From the human T2T-CHM13v2.0 reference genome, Homo sapiens: a DNA stretch of 64,000 nt. The stretch lies in assembly GCF_009914755.1 (NCBI RefSeq), contig NC_060935.1; one strand, given 5' to 3'. This document shows positions 1 through 15,480 of the stretch, one piece after another; within the stretch, counting starts at the first letter, position 1; the number at the start of each line of letters is the position of its first letter. Both the position numbers and the translations under genes were made by a program. The notes under the pieces were generated by a model. It was not told the DNA's origin. It saw only the letters and a list, made by a program, of their open reading frames with translations, and ran no database searches.

Positions 1-639
1 CTGAGAGTAAAAGGATTAAAGCCTTTAAAGGCACTAAGTGTTGATAATATTACGGTGCATGCTCTTACTCCACTGTATTTAACTCTCCGGGGGAGGGGGG
101 GTGAAGAAAATCTGATTTATCTTAAAATAATACAAACCTATAACATGTGACGAGATTAAAGTAGACAGATTTTCTGATTGTTTCTCTTCTTTATTGATGC
201 TGCTGCTGTGGTAAGCATGTGCTTAGCTTGCCTTTGAGTCATTCAGCAATAAAAAGTTTGAGAAAAGCCACTAAGGTCTGGAACAGCTGCATTTAGGAAT
301 GGAAGAGCAGAGGAAAGAACATGCAAAGTTCCTGCAGAAGGCCTTGATAAAGTTTGCAACTGAAACATTTTTGTGACTCCAATCCTCGTGGCTCTGTGAC
401 TTGCCTCCAATTGCTGTTGGCAGCCCTTACGTGTACATAGCCATGGGAAAGGCTGCAGTGGGGGCCGCAGAGCCATTGGCTCAGGCCTCACTTTGTGGGA
501 TCATCTTATTCTGGTACAGTTTGAGTTTCTGCAAGTCACCAAGGCCTTAGCTAGACACTCAGAGAGGATGAAACTGTGCTCGTGCTAAGTAATGGATTTA
601 ATTAAGTTTTTGTGCTTCCTCTGAGCCCTGTTTCAAAAA

Positions 640-765
640 TTTTACATGTATTAACTAATTCAGTATTCCTCACAACCCTACGAGACAGGCACTAATATTA
701 GCTTAATAAGTAATTTGCCCATGGCTAAGACTACTAAATGGCAGGGTTAGGATTTAAACCTAGCC
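640..765 (-). mobile_element. MIR SINE fragment
   Basis: cctcacaaccctacgag...aagtaatttgcccatgg...ggatttaaaccta resembles the reverse complement of the MIR core; boundaries approximate. Confidence 0.65.
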
Positions 766-1466
766 ATTGTCCCTTTCCTTGTTACAGTGAGAAATAACTA
801 GGAAGATATGAACTAGTGTTTGACAATTAAAACCCGTTTCAGTAAAGAAACGTATGTGGGAGAAAGGGTGAGGTGGGGAGAAGGGGACATTCTATAGTAG
901 CAAGAATCTCAGCTTTGACATTGTTCTTAAAATGAAGAAAACAAGTCATCTTAGTTCATAGGCAGAGGTAAGTTTTCAAGGTCCAGTCATGCTAATTTCT
1001 CCTTGTAAAAAAAAATCAATAAAACTATTAAATGAGTGTTTAGTGTTTAATAATTTTGAATTAATGCCCTGTGACCACTTCTTGGTGTTCAATGGCCCTG
1101 ACAGTTTGGGTGACTAGCTGGGGAACTGTGACTGCATGTTAGGGTTAGGTACATGCTTCATGCATGGGAGAAAGTTCAACTGTCCCTAAAAGCAGTCCCA
1201 TAAGTATGCTGCAGAAAATTTCACCAGTTTGACCACTCAGGTATCCATTATTCTTTTGCTTATGTTTAGTAAACTGGAAAGAAGAAAGAAGGCAAACTTG
1301 GAGAAAAATTAAAAAGCAAATGGAAACTTACATAGATTTCTTATAGAAAAAGAAGGAAAGCATCAGAAGAGCAACAGTGGGAATGATTCTCCCCGCTCTC
1401 GTTTGCCTCCCCAGCCTCCCCAGCAACGCATAGGTCCATTTTGATTATACCAGATATTCTGATTGA

Positions 1467-1810
<344 letters not shown>

Positions 1811-1833
1811 CTGTAGGATACTTTTAATAGTGA

Positions 1834-2147
<314 letters not shown>

Positions 2148-2395
2148 CCATTGTTTTCTTTTTGTGTAGATTCTCCTCTTTCTCATTTGGTGAAAACTTA
2201 CACTGGAAATCATTTTAGTTCCAAATTAAAATCCTACCTCTTCATGAAGATTTGCTGATTATCTTCAATTGTAAGAGATTTTCTACTCTTCTGAACCCCA
2301 CTCATATTTCATTTATACCAATTGTGCAGCATTTAACAAAGTCTGCTTTTTACGTTTATTTGCACAGGTTGCACAACTGGCTTTGAAGTACAGAG

Positions 2396-2855
2396 TGGTG
2401 GTAGTTATGGTATTTGCATGCCTGGCCTGTTGGGACTGTCAGTGTTAGCGTCCTGTCCCTTCCCACTCCTCCCCACCAGTTGCCCACCCACAACTTCACA
2501 GGGCGATGAGTACATGGCTCAGCTCATTGTAATCTTCACTGGTATCAATTTATCAACTTTGCAAGGAAGAGGCTCTCTTTCTGTTGAGGTTGCTAACCTG
2601 AAAATATGTGAGCATGGAGCTACTGGCAGCCGTTTGTCAGCCCTTGCATAAAGCTCATCTGAGAAAGGTGCCAATCAAAGAGAAACAGAGTCAAGAGAAA
2701 AGGCAGACTGAGCCCTGAACTCCAGGAGTAAGGCTTGCCTGGAGTGAGTTTCCCTGTATAATACTTCCCATTTACCTTAGTCATATTTTTCTACTTTTTT
2801 GCTTACAATCATTTGTGTTATGTTTTCAGTTTTATCAAGAGTCCTAAGTAATAAA
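2396..2855 (+). mobile_element. Old MaLR LTR (MLT1K/L-like)
   Basis: ggagctactggcagccg...agagaaacagag...; terminus caagagtcctaagtaata resembles the MLT1 3' end. Confidence 0.55.
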
Positions 2856-2944
2856 CTGACAAATTTGTAAGTAATTTAAGATCAAGATTCAGATGTGATT
2901 TATCTCTTTTCATCTTTGATATAGACAACTGGAAAAGTGAATGA

Positions 2945-3510
<566 letters not shown>

Positions 3511-3669
3511 AAAATGCTGGATTGTAAACAGGTCGATAGATGTTAAGTCAGAGGGGCTCTGATGCATTTTGTGCACACTGCACACACATTTCAAGGACTC
3601 ACATGTATTATGCTTCTATCATTTAATTTTTCCTGGTTTCTATGATTAAATCTTTATAGCATTTTTCTA

Positions 3670-5092
<1,423 letters not shown>

Positions 5093-5094
5093 TC

Positions 5095-5590
5095 AGGAAT
5101 TTCTTAACTGTAGTAAATGGTCTGTGGAGGTAGTTGTTCACAGACGTCTGATGAGGCCTTTTTATCTTTCCAGGGGGATCTGGCTGAGACATGATTTAAG
5201 TAACAGCTATTCATTTGGAGGAGGCTGTTGCAAGGATCTCATGCACAAGAAGCTTGGGGGTCTCCCAAGATTTAAAAAATTTTTCTTTACACAGCTCTTG
5301 ATGTAATTGCACACATCACAGGCTGTGACACTCAGGGCATTCTCTCAATCACCTACACGTTTCTTCAATAACACACATACCTTCTCCCCAAGGTATAACC
5401 CCTGGGTCTGGGGCAGTTGTGGCATAGAGATGTACTTGTCTTGCTGGTGCCCAAGACCATGATTCTGTCTTTAAGTTCCCACAATAAATCAGCCTTTACT
5501 GACAAACTGGATGTCTGCCTCCATTTTTTGGTTTCTTGATTCTTTCAGCATTTGGGGGCAGCTTTGCATATACAGCCTTTCCATGGGATA
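5095..5590 (+). mobile_element. ERVL-type LTR (MER74/MER54-like)
   Basis: gcccaagaccatgattctgtcttaagttcccacaataaatc...gcatttgggggcagctttgcatatacagcctttccatggga resembles the MER74-family 3' half, including its polyA signal. Confidence 0.65.
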
Positions 5591-5595
5591 AATCC

Positions 5596-8317
5596 CACAT
5601 TGAAAGTGGCATATTAAAATCTCCAATTAATAAACCTGTGATGTTTTTGTCTTCGATTCTTTCAGGTTTTTCAGTATGTATTTTGGTGCACTGCTGTTAG
5701 GTGAATATATTTTTATAATCATATCTTCCTGATGAATTTATGGTATTATATAAAATATCCTTCCTTATATCTAGTAATGACTTTTCTTGTAAAGTCTATT
5801 TTGTCTGATATCAGTATTATTATTCCAGCTCTCTTTTGGTTACTGTTTGCTTGATGCATCTTTTTCAATTTTTGTACTTTTAATCAGTTTCTGTTTTTGA
5901 ATTTAAACTATATCACTTGTAGACAACATAGAGCTGTAACATTTTTTGAAAATCCATTCTTCCAATCTCTGCCTGTTGATTGGAGTGTTTAGTCCATTTA
6001 CATTTAATGTGATTATTGATAATGGAGGATTTACAGCTGCTATTTTTCTATTGATATTTGTTTTCTATTGGACTATGTTTCTTCTTATTCCTGTCTTTCA
6101 AAAATATTAAATGGATATAATCCAGTTTATTTTTAATTTCCTTTTTCTTTTAGTCCATATTTTTAGTAACTTCCTTAATGGTTGTTCTAGAGGTTTCAGT
6201 TAGCATCTTAATTAATGCAATCTAGTTGAGAATATTACTAACTTAATTTTACAGTGTATAAAAATCATTTTGCTCTAATATAATTTCATTCTTTTATCCC
6301 TGTTTTGTATGATTATACAAGCTATATCTTTATATGTTACAAGATTATCAATACAAATATATAATCTTCCTTTATGTTGTTGTCTTTTAAAATAGGAAAA
6401 GAAAAGAGTGACAAACAAAAAATACACTTTTATTGTCTTTCATAGTACCTATATGGTTAGCTTTACTGGTGCTCTCACATCATCATGTGGATTCGAGTTA
6501 CCATCTAGTGTTCTTTTATTTCATCCTGAAAGTCTCCTTTAACTATTTTGTAGAGCAGGTCTGCTAGCTATGAATTCTGTTTTTGATAATTTAGAAATGT
6601 CCTAACTTTCACTTCTGAAGCAGAGTTTAACTGTATATAGAATTTTGAGCTGACAGTCTCTTTTTTAACACTTTGAAACTTTGACAATGTCATTACTTAG
6701 TTTTCTGGCTTACATGCTTTCTGATGACAATTCAGCTATTAATTTTATTAAGGCTCTCTTTTATGTAGTAAGGTTTTCTCCTACTGCTGTTTTTAAGATT
6801 TTTCTCTTTGTCTTTTTGCCATCTTGGATACGATATGTCATAGGCGTTGATCTCTTTGAATTTATTCTATCTGGAGTTCATTAAACTTTTTGAATGTATA
6901 GATTCCTATTTTCTTTAAATTTAGGAAGGTTTTGGCTATTTTCTCAAATTTTTTAATCCTTTCTTTGTTTTTCTTCTATTTCTGGAAATTCCATTATACA
7001 TAGTTTGGTACACTTAATGGTGTTTTTCAGTTCCCTAAGGTTTGTTTATTTTTCTTTCTTTTGTTTTTCTTCATGCTCATCAGATTGAGTAGTCCCTATT
7101 GACATATCTTCATATTTAATGATTCTTTCTTATTCCAGCTGAAATCTGTTGTTGAACCTTTCTATTAAAATTTTTACTTCAGTTGTACTTTTCAACTTTA
7201 TAATTTCTTTTTGGTTCTTTTAAGATAATTTTTTTCTTTATTAATATTTTCTCTTTAATGAGACATCATTGTCACTCTTTCCCTGAATTCTTTAGACATG
7301 GTTTCCTTTAGTATACATATATTGATAATAGTTGATTTAATGTCTTTGTAAACTACGTTCATGCTTAAAGTTTCCATATGAAATGTGGTGTTTGCTGCTT
7401 TTTCTTTGTGCATGTGGCTTACTTTACCATTTGTTTGCATGTTAATATATATTTTTTGAGTTCTGGTCATTAATGTATTGTGACAATATTTCTGTCTCAC
7501 AAAGATGTATTGTGTTCCTATTTTTATGTTGTCATTTTAGGTTTTCTTTTTGCTTCTTATTTGCTTGTGACTTTCATGGAGTCATTCTGTACATTCTGCC
7601 TGTCCTGCTGTGTGTGTCTACTTAGTTCTCTACTAGCTTCTTAATAAATGTTTTTGTCTTTATTTTTAAGCTTGGCTTTCTGAGAGTAAGCCCTTGATGA
7701 TTATAACCTCGTGGTCAATTATGGGCCAGAAGATTTCTTTAAATGAGTTTCCTATATGTCTCCCACTTTTTATTTTTTGGCATCAGTTTACAAGATAACC
7801 TTAGCTTTTACTTCCTGTTTGATCATGGCCTTAAGGCCAAGAAGAGATGAGTGACCATTGACTTTTCCTTCCTCAGGTGTTTGCTGTGAATGCACACAGC
7901 ATTGCACATGTTCTGTCTTTCAGATTCCTAGGAATATGTAGGAGCTTTCAAAGTTCCTCAGTCTGATCCCTGTACCCCTGCTGAGCTGAGCCTGCATCAA
8001 ATCAAATAGCTACCACATCCTGAGAATACCCACTTTCTAGGAATCTACAAGTTTGTGCAGGAGTTTGACTGTACTTTAGGGATGGTGCTTTTCACAAAAT
8101 TTCAAAAGTAATCAGATTTCTCTGTTGTCTGCAATTTGCCTGCTTTTGGTTACGGAGCTCCTGAGCAGGGGAGGGAGAGAAGATGCAGATAGCCCCAAGT
8201 TAAAATGTTACGGAGTATGCTGTCTTATTGAAATTCACTAGGTATCTTGGGTAGATGATTCTCAGTTCATTTTGCAGCTTTGGTTAATTGCCTGCATTCT
8301 GCAGTGGTTTATTTCTG

Positions 8318-8348
<31 letters not shown>

Positions 8349-8420
8349 GTCTATACTGCCATAGTTTTAGACGGAGAGTGAATTCATAGAGGTGGTCACT
8401 GGGCCATTCCAGAAGTTGAT
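5596..8420 (-). mobile_element. Old LINE-1 (L1M4/L1MC-like): ORF2 N-terminus, ORF1 and 5' region
   Basis: T-rich antisense L1 motifs (tattccagctctcttttggttactgtttgc, agtccatttacatttaatgtgattattgat, gtagagcaggtctgctagc). Confidence 0.8.
8317..8348. repeat. (GTTTT)n microsatellite
   Basis: About 6 copies read directly. Confidence 0.9.
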
Positions 8421-8654
8421 TGCTGCTTTTTGTTTCTTGATTATGTATTTTTCCTTATACAGTTATCAAACTCTTTTTCTATCTGTTTAGTATTTTCCAA
8501 GATAATAATCATATCATGAACTTATAATCCTTTGTATTTTCCTCTTATTATAGTGCATATAGTAAATATTCAACAAATAATTGAAGGTTGCTATATGATA
8601 TGTTGCCAGATGTTCTACAGGGAGGAAAATCACGCATGATTGAGAACTACTGAT

Positions 8655-8820
8655 ATACAATTATTTCATTTAATCCCTGCCACAATTCTTTTAGGAAAGT
8701 GTTATCATCTCCATTTTACAGTGGCCTAGAGAGCTGCATATTTACCTTACTAAAGTTACACAGCTAGTTAAGTGACAAAGGTTGATTTTAAATCTAGCCT
8801 TCTCTGACTCCAAGGCCAAT
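8655..8820 (-). mobile_element. MIR
   Basis: catttaatcc...tctccattttacag...ttacacagctagttaagtgac...ctgactccaagg. Confidence 0.75.
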
Positions 8821-9534
8821 CTTAGTTATAGTTTATAAATTAAGAGGAAGGACTTCGTTATTTTTATTTTTTAAATTATGACACACCTTTGATCTTGTCA
8901 GTATTCCAGGACATTACATTTTATTTGTTCTATAATTTTGGCAGTAGTTTTTGGATTAAAGTATTATACATTCTTATGAGGTTTTAGGGCTCCAATTAAT
9001 TGCGCATTCAGCCATGAATACTAGGTTATCTTAGCCCTTTTTTTTTTCCAATGCAATGACCTTGAACTCAGTATGACTGAGTTTGTGGGATGTAGGGTGC
9101 TCACACTGCAAGAATTGGTAATATTATTCTTCTATACTTTCCTTCTGCTCTAACAATAAGTTCTCAAAGGAGGCTAGCTTTGAGTTGTGCACACTCACCT
9201 ACATCCTGTTTGTCTTGTCAATAGAATACATGGAGTGCATGGAAATGCCCTAGGCAGGCTTCCTTACATCCTGTTGCCAAGGCAACAATGCCATGATTCC
9301 CCACGTTCTATGTCTAAGATAGCAGCAGGCCAGCACACACAGAAACTCCACACGCCCACCTGTGTCTTACTATCTTGGGAGAGCATAAGAAAAACTGTGC
9401 TTGAGTTGGTCTTGGCTAGGATTCTTTATGATTAAGATTTTACTCAGACAATGGGTGAACCTTTGATGCTTTTTTTCATACAAAGTTCTATCTACAAAAT
9501 CGTGTCCGATAAACCACGTAGCTGCTAGAGGGCT

Positions 9535-9730
9535 CCTTGGAGTCCTAGAACATGTATTGGAACCCTGATTTTGTCACTAATGCGTATCCAAGTCTTGAAC
9601 AAGATCTCAATAACTCTTTACAAGCCTCAGTTTTCCCTTATGAGGGAAATGGAATAAACCTCAATTACATCATTGAATAGTTCTAGAAATGAAAAGAATG
9701 AATAGCCCTCAAATCATTTCATAAGTGATA
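9535..9730 (+). mobile_element. MIR fragment
   Basis: cttgaacaag...aagcctcagttttccctta...aaatggaataa core. Confidence 0.55.
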
Positions 9731-10846
9731 GTTATTCAGATGCTAATTTTAATTGTTTTAAACCCCATGCTTCTTTTCTGATATCACTTTATCCCCATGT
9801 GAAGAAATTAATCAGTGACAAGGAAGAAAAGATGTTGAGCTGTTTAAGGTCAGGAATCATATTTATAAGGAGGGTAAGGTGGTTCCTTGACTAATGATGA
9901 TTAGTGCATGGATGTGACTTCTCTAAGCTCATAGTCACTGCCACTTAGAGACCAGGCTCAGAAGGACTCACTAGTGAATACTGTAGTAGTGAACACTGTA
10001 TATTCTTCTTGTCTTCAGGATATCTCAGAAGCAGTCCCCAATTTTCAATGAAAGTTTTGTCTCTATAAATATAAGCATTTATGGTAGATTTGTTTGTCAT
10101 TTTTGTAAGGTTTATATGTGTGTTTAAAGTCCTGTCATTTTGATGTACATTAATATTTTATTCAATTAGATGAAGGATGAGCTATATTTTATGAATAATC
10201 TTTGACAAATATACACACACAGCTGTGTTTAGCCTCAGCACTACACATTGTAATTGAAGTAAAAAATAAAGGCTCACATACTAGGAAGCAAAGAGTAGCT
10301 CCAGCTTTCACCTTTGCACCTTCTAAACCATTTCAGCCTGTTAAAAGCAGGTTAGAAACGGTTTTAATTTGAGTCAGTATGAATCACTTGTAGAAATTGA
10401 CATAGTATATTGAGAAACAAGATAGTGGGTCTGAGCAATGAGATATTTTCACTGTATCCTTGGAAACTATGCACATATCATTCTCAACATTCTCAAGCAA
10501 GGTTCCAGTCCCTTTCTGACTTTAAACTAATTTTTCTTTAATTTACATTTGGAATTTATAAATTCAAAATGTTCACAATTGCAGAGGACATATAGAAATA
10601 ATTAGTCATATTATATATGACTCCTTTTGAATTCATCACTTGCATATAAACACATAAATGCTTGCTTTGTCCATCTCATAAACTATGAAATGATAGAGAC
10701 CATTGTAAGTTCACTCAACTTAATGTCTAGACCTACATCAGATATAGATAAACAAGCATTCAATAACTTTTTATTATGAATGAGAGCAGCACTACCTCTG
10801 TTTTTGAAACAGAGCTTTCATTGCCTAGATTAAAAGTAGGCACCTT

Positions 10847-11296
<450 letters not shown>

Positions 11297-12491
11297 TTAA
11301 ATCCATAAAGAAATGAAGATTCTCATAAAGTCTACTTTCCCAATATATGTAGATCTGAGAACTTGATCTACAGTGATTTAAATGTTAATATTGTGGTATT
11401 GCTTTTAAGTCAGAAATTTAATCAAAATATCAACATATGTGTGTAAAAATATGTATATTTACTTTCAACACCTTAACAGCAGGGATAATATTTGGCTTCA
11501 CATTTTTCTCTTATATTGTCCAACAAGAAACCTCATTATTTTTTATCAGGGAGCTGGCAGCTAGTCATCAATTTCAACTAATCAAGATGCTTCAAGTAGT
11601 CTGGAACGTTTTTGCATTATTAAGTGCTTTAGCAGCACTTGGGACTTTTACTCTGCTATCCTCAGAATGATTTAGCATTATTATTTTTGAATAGATTCCC
11701 ACGTGTTCACCTCTTTCAACTGAAAGTCCCTTGGTAGGGAAAAGAGCCACACAAACCACTTCCTTCTGACCCCATCAAGCAGCCAGATCCAGAATCACAG
11801 TAGCATCTAAAATAAGTCCACTTATGTCCATCCACAAAGAACAAATTGTTGTGGCCTAAAGGATTTTCATTGAGTAAATACTAAAACACTACATAGAATC
11901 CACTTTCCCATGACATCACATTTCCATCCCCTCTAGTTAATTAATGTCTGTTGATAGGTTGTGTTTTATACATTCGGATAGAACATATACACCATTGAAG
12001 GTTTTTTCCAGAAGCTTGCCTTTGAAGTACTTGATCCATGTACATCGTATCTCTAGCAAGATGGACTGTACAATGATATTCTGGTCATTGTAAATTTAGC
12101 TTAAAATCTTAATTCATTTAAAGCAGATCTTCCAGGAAGGACAATTTCTTTCTTATTGTCTGAGCGGGATAATTCTGATTCTCTCAACCTAGTTAAGGAT
12201 AGTTATTTGTCCAAAGCAGCATGTTAAGGCAAGTATTAAGTGAGAATAAGGGAATTTTTAATGAATGGAAGATAAAAACTTATCCAAGCTGAGTGACTGT
12301 GAAATGGAGAGAACTTTAGAGTCCTAAGTGAAAACAGGTTATTATACATTAGAGGATTGTAAGAGGCTCACTCTGTTGAATGTCATGGTGATATTGAAAC
12401 AGAAATCAAATATTAAAAAATACACAAAAATAGGCTTGCTCTATTTAAGAAAACTATAAAATCATAGATCATGGTATTTACTAGTTTCATA

Positions 12492-13217
12492 TGACATGCC
12501 TCAGAAGACATTACTCCAAATTATAGCTCCTTGGCATACTGAGCAGTTTAAGCTGAAGGAAATTGAGAAAAACCACAGAAGCATGAAGGTCACTCTCTGA
12601 TATGCTTCTGCCCTTCTCCCCTGAAGGAGATGATAAGACCCTCATTACCACCTTTATCTCTGAAGACACAGGGATATAGACAAGAATCTGTAAACACAAG
12701 CGTGGCTAAGTCGCCCTCCCCAAGTTTATTACCATTAGTTAAAACTCCTGTCCTCCAATCATACTTCTGCATGACTGTCCATGAAAATACATAGATCTTC
12801 TCATAAAACAGGCCTGGCACGGTGGCTCACACCTGTAATCCCAGCAGTTTGGGAAGCTGAGGCAGGTGGATCACCTGGGGTCAGGAGTTAGAGACCAGCC
12901 TGATCAACATGGTGAAACTCCATCCCTACTAAAAATACAAAAATTAGCTGTGTATAGTGGAACGTGCCTGTAATCCCAGCTACTCGGGAGTCTGAGGCAG
13001 GAGAATCACTTGAACCTGGGTGTCAGCAGTTGCAGTGAGCTGAGATTGCGCCATTGCACTCCAGCCTTGGTGACAGAGCGAGACTCCGTCTCAGGAAAAA
13101 AACCAAACTTTTGTTAAATGCATTTGTATACTTTTGTTAATGTGTCTTTTGTTACCGGAGCCTCAGCTTGCAATCTTGCAATGGGTGAAGAAAAAATAAC
13201 ATTTTTTCTCCCCTATA
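12492..13217 (+). mobile_element. MER34-family ERV1 LTR, interrupted by an Alu
   Basis: tcagaagacattactccaaa...ttggcatactgagcagtttaagctgaaggaaattgagaaaaccacagaagc...atgggtgaagaaaa...ctcccctata. Confidence 0.75.
12811..13107 (+). mobile_element. AluS (Sx/Sq-like)
   Basis: Complete Alu dimer, ggcctggcacggtggctcac...gactccgtctc, short A tail. Confidence 0.93.
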
Positions 13218-13414
13218 CTAGAATGCATGGCTTCATCAAGGCAGACACTTTTATTTGTTGGAAGCACCACTGTATCCTTGCCCAGAGCCTTCCTCTAGGA
13301 CTGGTGGCTCGCTGTAAAGATAGAGAAAGTAAGGTAGAGGAGATCAGGTCAGCAAAACTGGTCTACGATGGCTGTGTTGCTGATGAGGTAAATTTGTCTC
13401 CTGTATCTTATTCC

Positions 13415-14040
13415 TGTAGGTTGTTACAATCAAATTCCTTCTGTGGGGGCCAAGGGGAAAGGTTCACTAAAAAACCAACTTGCAAAAGGCAGGTTAATAG
13501 GAGAAAAGGCACAAATATTTATTTGGCGTGTATACACGGGAGCCTTCAGAATGAAGATAGATACTGGGGAAAATTGTTCATTTTTCTGGTTGTATTCAAC
13601 AAAATATGGATAGCTGTGTAGAAATATGATTGGACAAAAAGAGTATGATCTAATGTTAATAGACTGAGTGAGGAACCGGGCAAGTCCTCTTTCCAGATTC
13701 TTCTTGGTGTCTCTGAGCATGCATTCCTTCCTTCTGGGTGTCAGCATGACCCTGTCTGGAATGGGGGCATTATGACCTACAATCAAACAAGATAGGTCAG
13801 ATAATTTCTTTATGGCCAGTTTTTACAGAGAATATTTTTAGGTTTTATTTCTGGCTTTTGAGAAAAGGGTTCTGGTTTTTATGACCCACTTTCAGGAAGA
13901 ATGATTCTCGTTTCTATGGCTAGCCTCTGGGGAGAATGGGCCCGAGAGACGAGAGGACAGGAAAAGGTCAGAGAAGAACTTTTGCTTGTGAGACTGCTGC
14001 TGAGGCTTTCATTTTGGGGAATTGTTTTCTGATCCCTAAC
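13415..14040 (-). mobile_element. MER39 ERV1 solo LTR
   Basis: Reverse complement begins gttagggatcagaaaacaattccccaaaatgaaagcctcagcagcag...gaggctagccatagaaac, matching the MER39 5' end. Confidence 0.82.
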
Positions 14041-14221
14041 TCTTCACTGCACGTGATTGTAAATATTCCTTATCAGACCAGTACATGAACCAGAGATTTC
14101 TATGTTGGGATTGAGAGGGTAAGGTACTTTGAAAGAAAAAGCACAAACTTGGAGAAAGAAATCTGTTTCTAAATTTGCCCTCAGCCCTTTTCTGGAAATC
14201 ACCAAAAATGAATCTCTAGAT

Positions 14222-14427
14222 GAATGGTGTCCAATAGAATTTTTCTGACCATGAAAATGTTCTATAATATGTACTGCTCTGTAGCTGCATATTAGACTTA
14301 AACTGACGGATCACTTGAAATATAACTAATGTAACTGAGAAACTGAATTTTCAATTTTAGTTACGGTTAATTAATTTGAACTTAAATAGCCACATGTGGC
14401 TAGTGGCTACTGTGTAGGACAGCACAG
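14222..14427 (+). mobile_element. MER3 (hAT-Charlie MITE)
   Basis: tgtccaatagaatttttctg...ttaaatagccacatgtggctagtggctactgtgtaggacagcacag. Confidence 0.88.
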
Positions 14428-15149
14428 ATCTCCATCTATGTTACCTGAAGTGGTGTGTTTATTGCTGGGGTGGAGGACAGGGGGTCAGGACAGTAGAGTA
14501 CTTTCTGCTAATTGGTGCCGGGGTCAAAGAGGGCTGGTGCTGGGTCACAACACAGTACATAGCTTTTTGGAATGGATATTCTTTCAAATAAGGAAGTTGT
14601 GTTTTCTTTTACAAGAAGAAAGCAAAATCAATCTTTCCCTTATCACATAGTGGCAGGTCATTATACAGAACCCAAAGGAGGCTATAACAAATCGAGGGTT
14701 CCCAGAAGTGCATTTAGTAAGAGAAAACAATGAAGGTTTGTGATGTTTCAGATGAAAAGGGAGTGTTTGGCTTTCTTTGTCAAAAATAGCACTTAGATTT
14801 GGAACCATACCTTTGACCTTCAGATCTGATAAGGAAGATAAGAGGAATTTATTGCTAAACCTCAGATCTGTCAAGTCAGGGTCAGATGAAACATTGCATT
14901 CCTCTCTGATAAAGAAAAAAGCATTTGCAGAAAAAAGGGCCAGCTCCATTAGACCACACATGGAGATGGAGATGGGAAGAATTTCAAGCAGCATGCTGAG
15001 AGGAAGATAGGAGACCAAGTAGGGGGAAAATGAGCAATAGTTGGTTTACGTTTGTGCAAAGGAAATAAGAAATAAAATTAAGATTTTTGTATTTTTGTTT
15101 AGAACATGTCCCCAGAAAATATGGTTTCTCATCAATCACGCTGTTTGGA

Positions 15150-15480
15150 GTGAACAGAAGTACCCCTTCTGAAGGGAAATTTGGCAGTAATTACTCAAGA
15201 ACCATTCAAATATGTAAATTTTGACTGAGCAATTCAATTTTTAGAAGGATATCATAGGAAATAATCTTAACTATGCAATGATACAGCTAAAGTCAGCTGA
15301 AGCAGCAGTTATTGCAACATTAATTATGGACAAAAATAATAATTGAATGTCTATCAGCAGAAGGTTGTCTGGTTAAATTATATTACTTCTGTACAAAGGA
15401 ACATTATGCAATCAGAAAACATGTTGGGAGAGGCCTTTAAACATGTAACAATTTAATATTATATGCATACATACTGTTTT
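15150..15480 (+). mobile_element. L1ME-like fragment
   Basis: ttctgaagggaaatttggcagta...tttgactgagcaattcaattttt, a degenerate ORF2 end / 3'UTR. Confidence 0.5.

Noticed and set aside
9193-9330. Minus-strand donor TAG|GTGAGT (9199) with an acceptor at 9314
   Set aside because: Weak polypyrimidine tract; indistinguishable from background pseudo-exons
11348-11372. Hairpin tgtagatc-N9-gatctaca
   Set aside because: 8-bp arms are expected by chance in 64 kb
13118-13786. 167-aa (+) and 118-aa (-) ORFs
   Set aside because: They cross LTR boundaries and show no gag/pol/env similarity; chance ORFs
14584-15018. 144-aa minus-strand ORF
   Set aside because: Non-ATG start, no recognisable domain or exon structure
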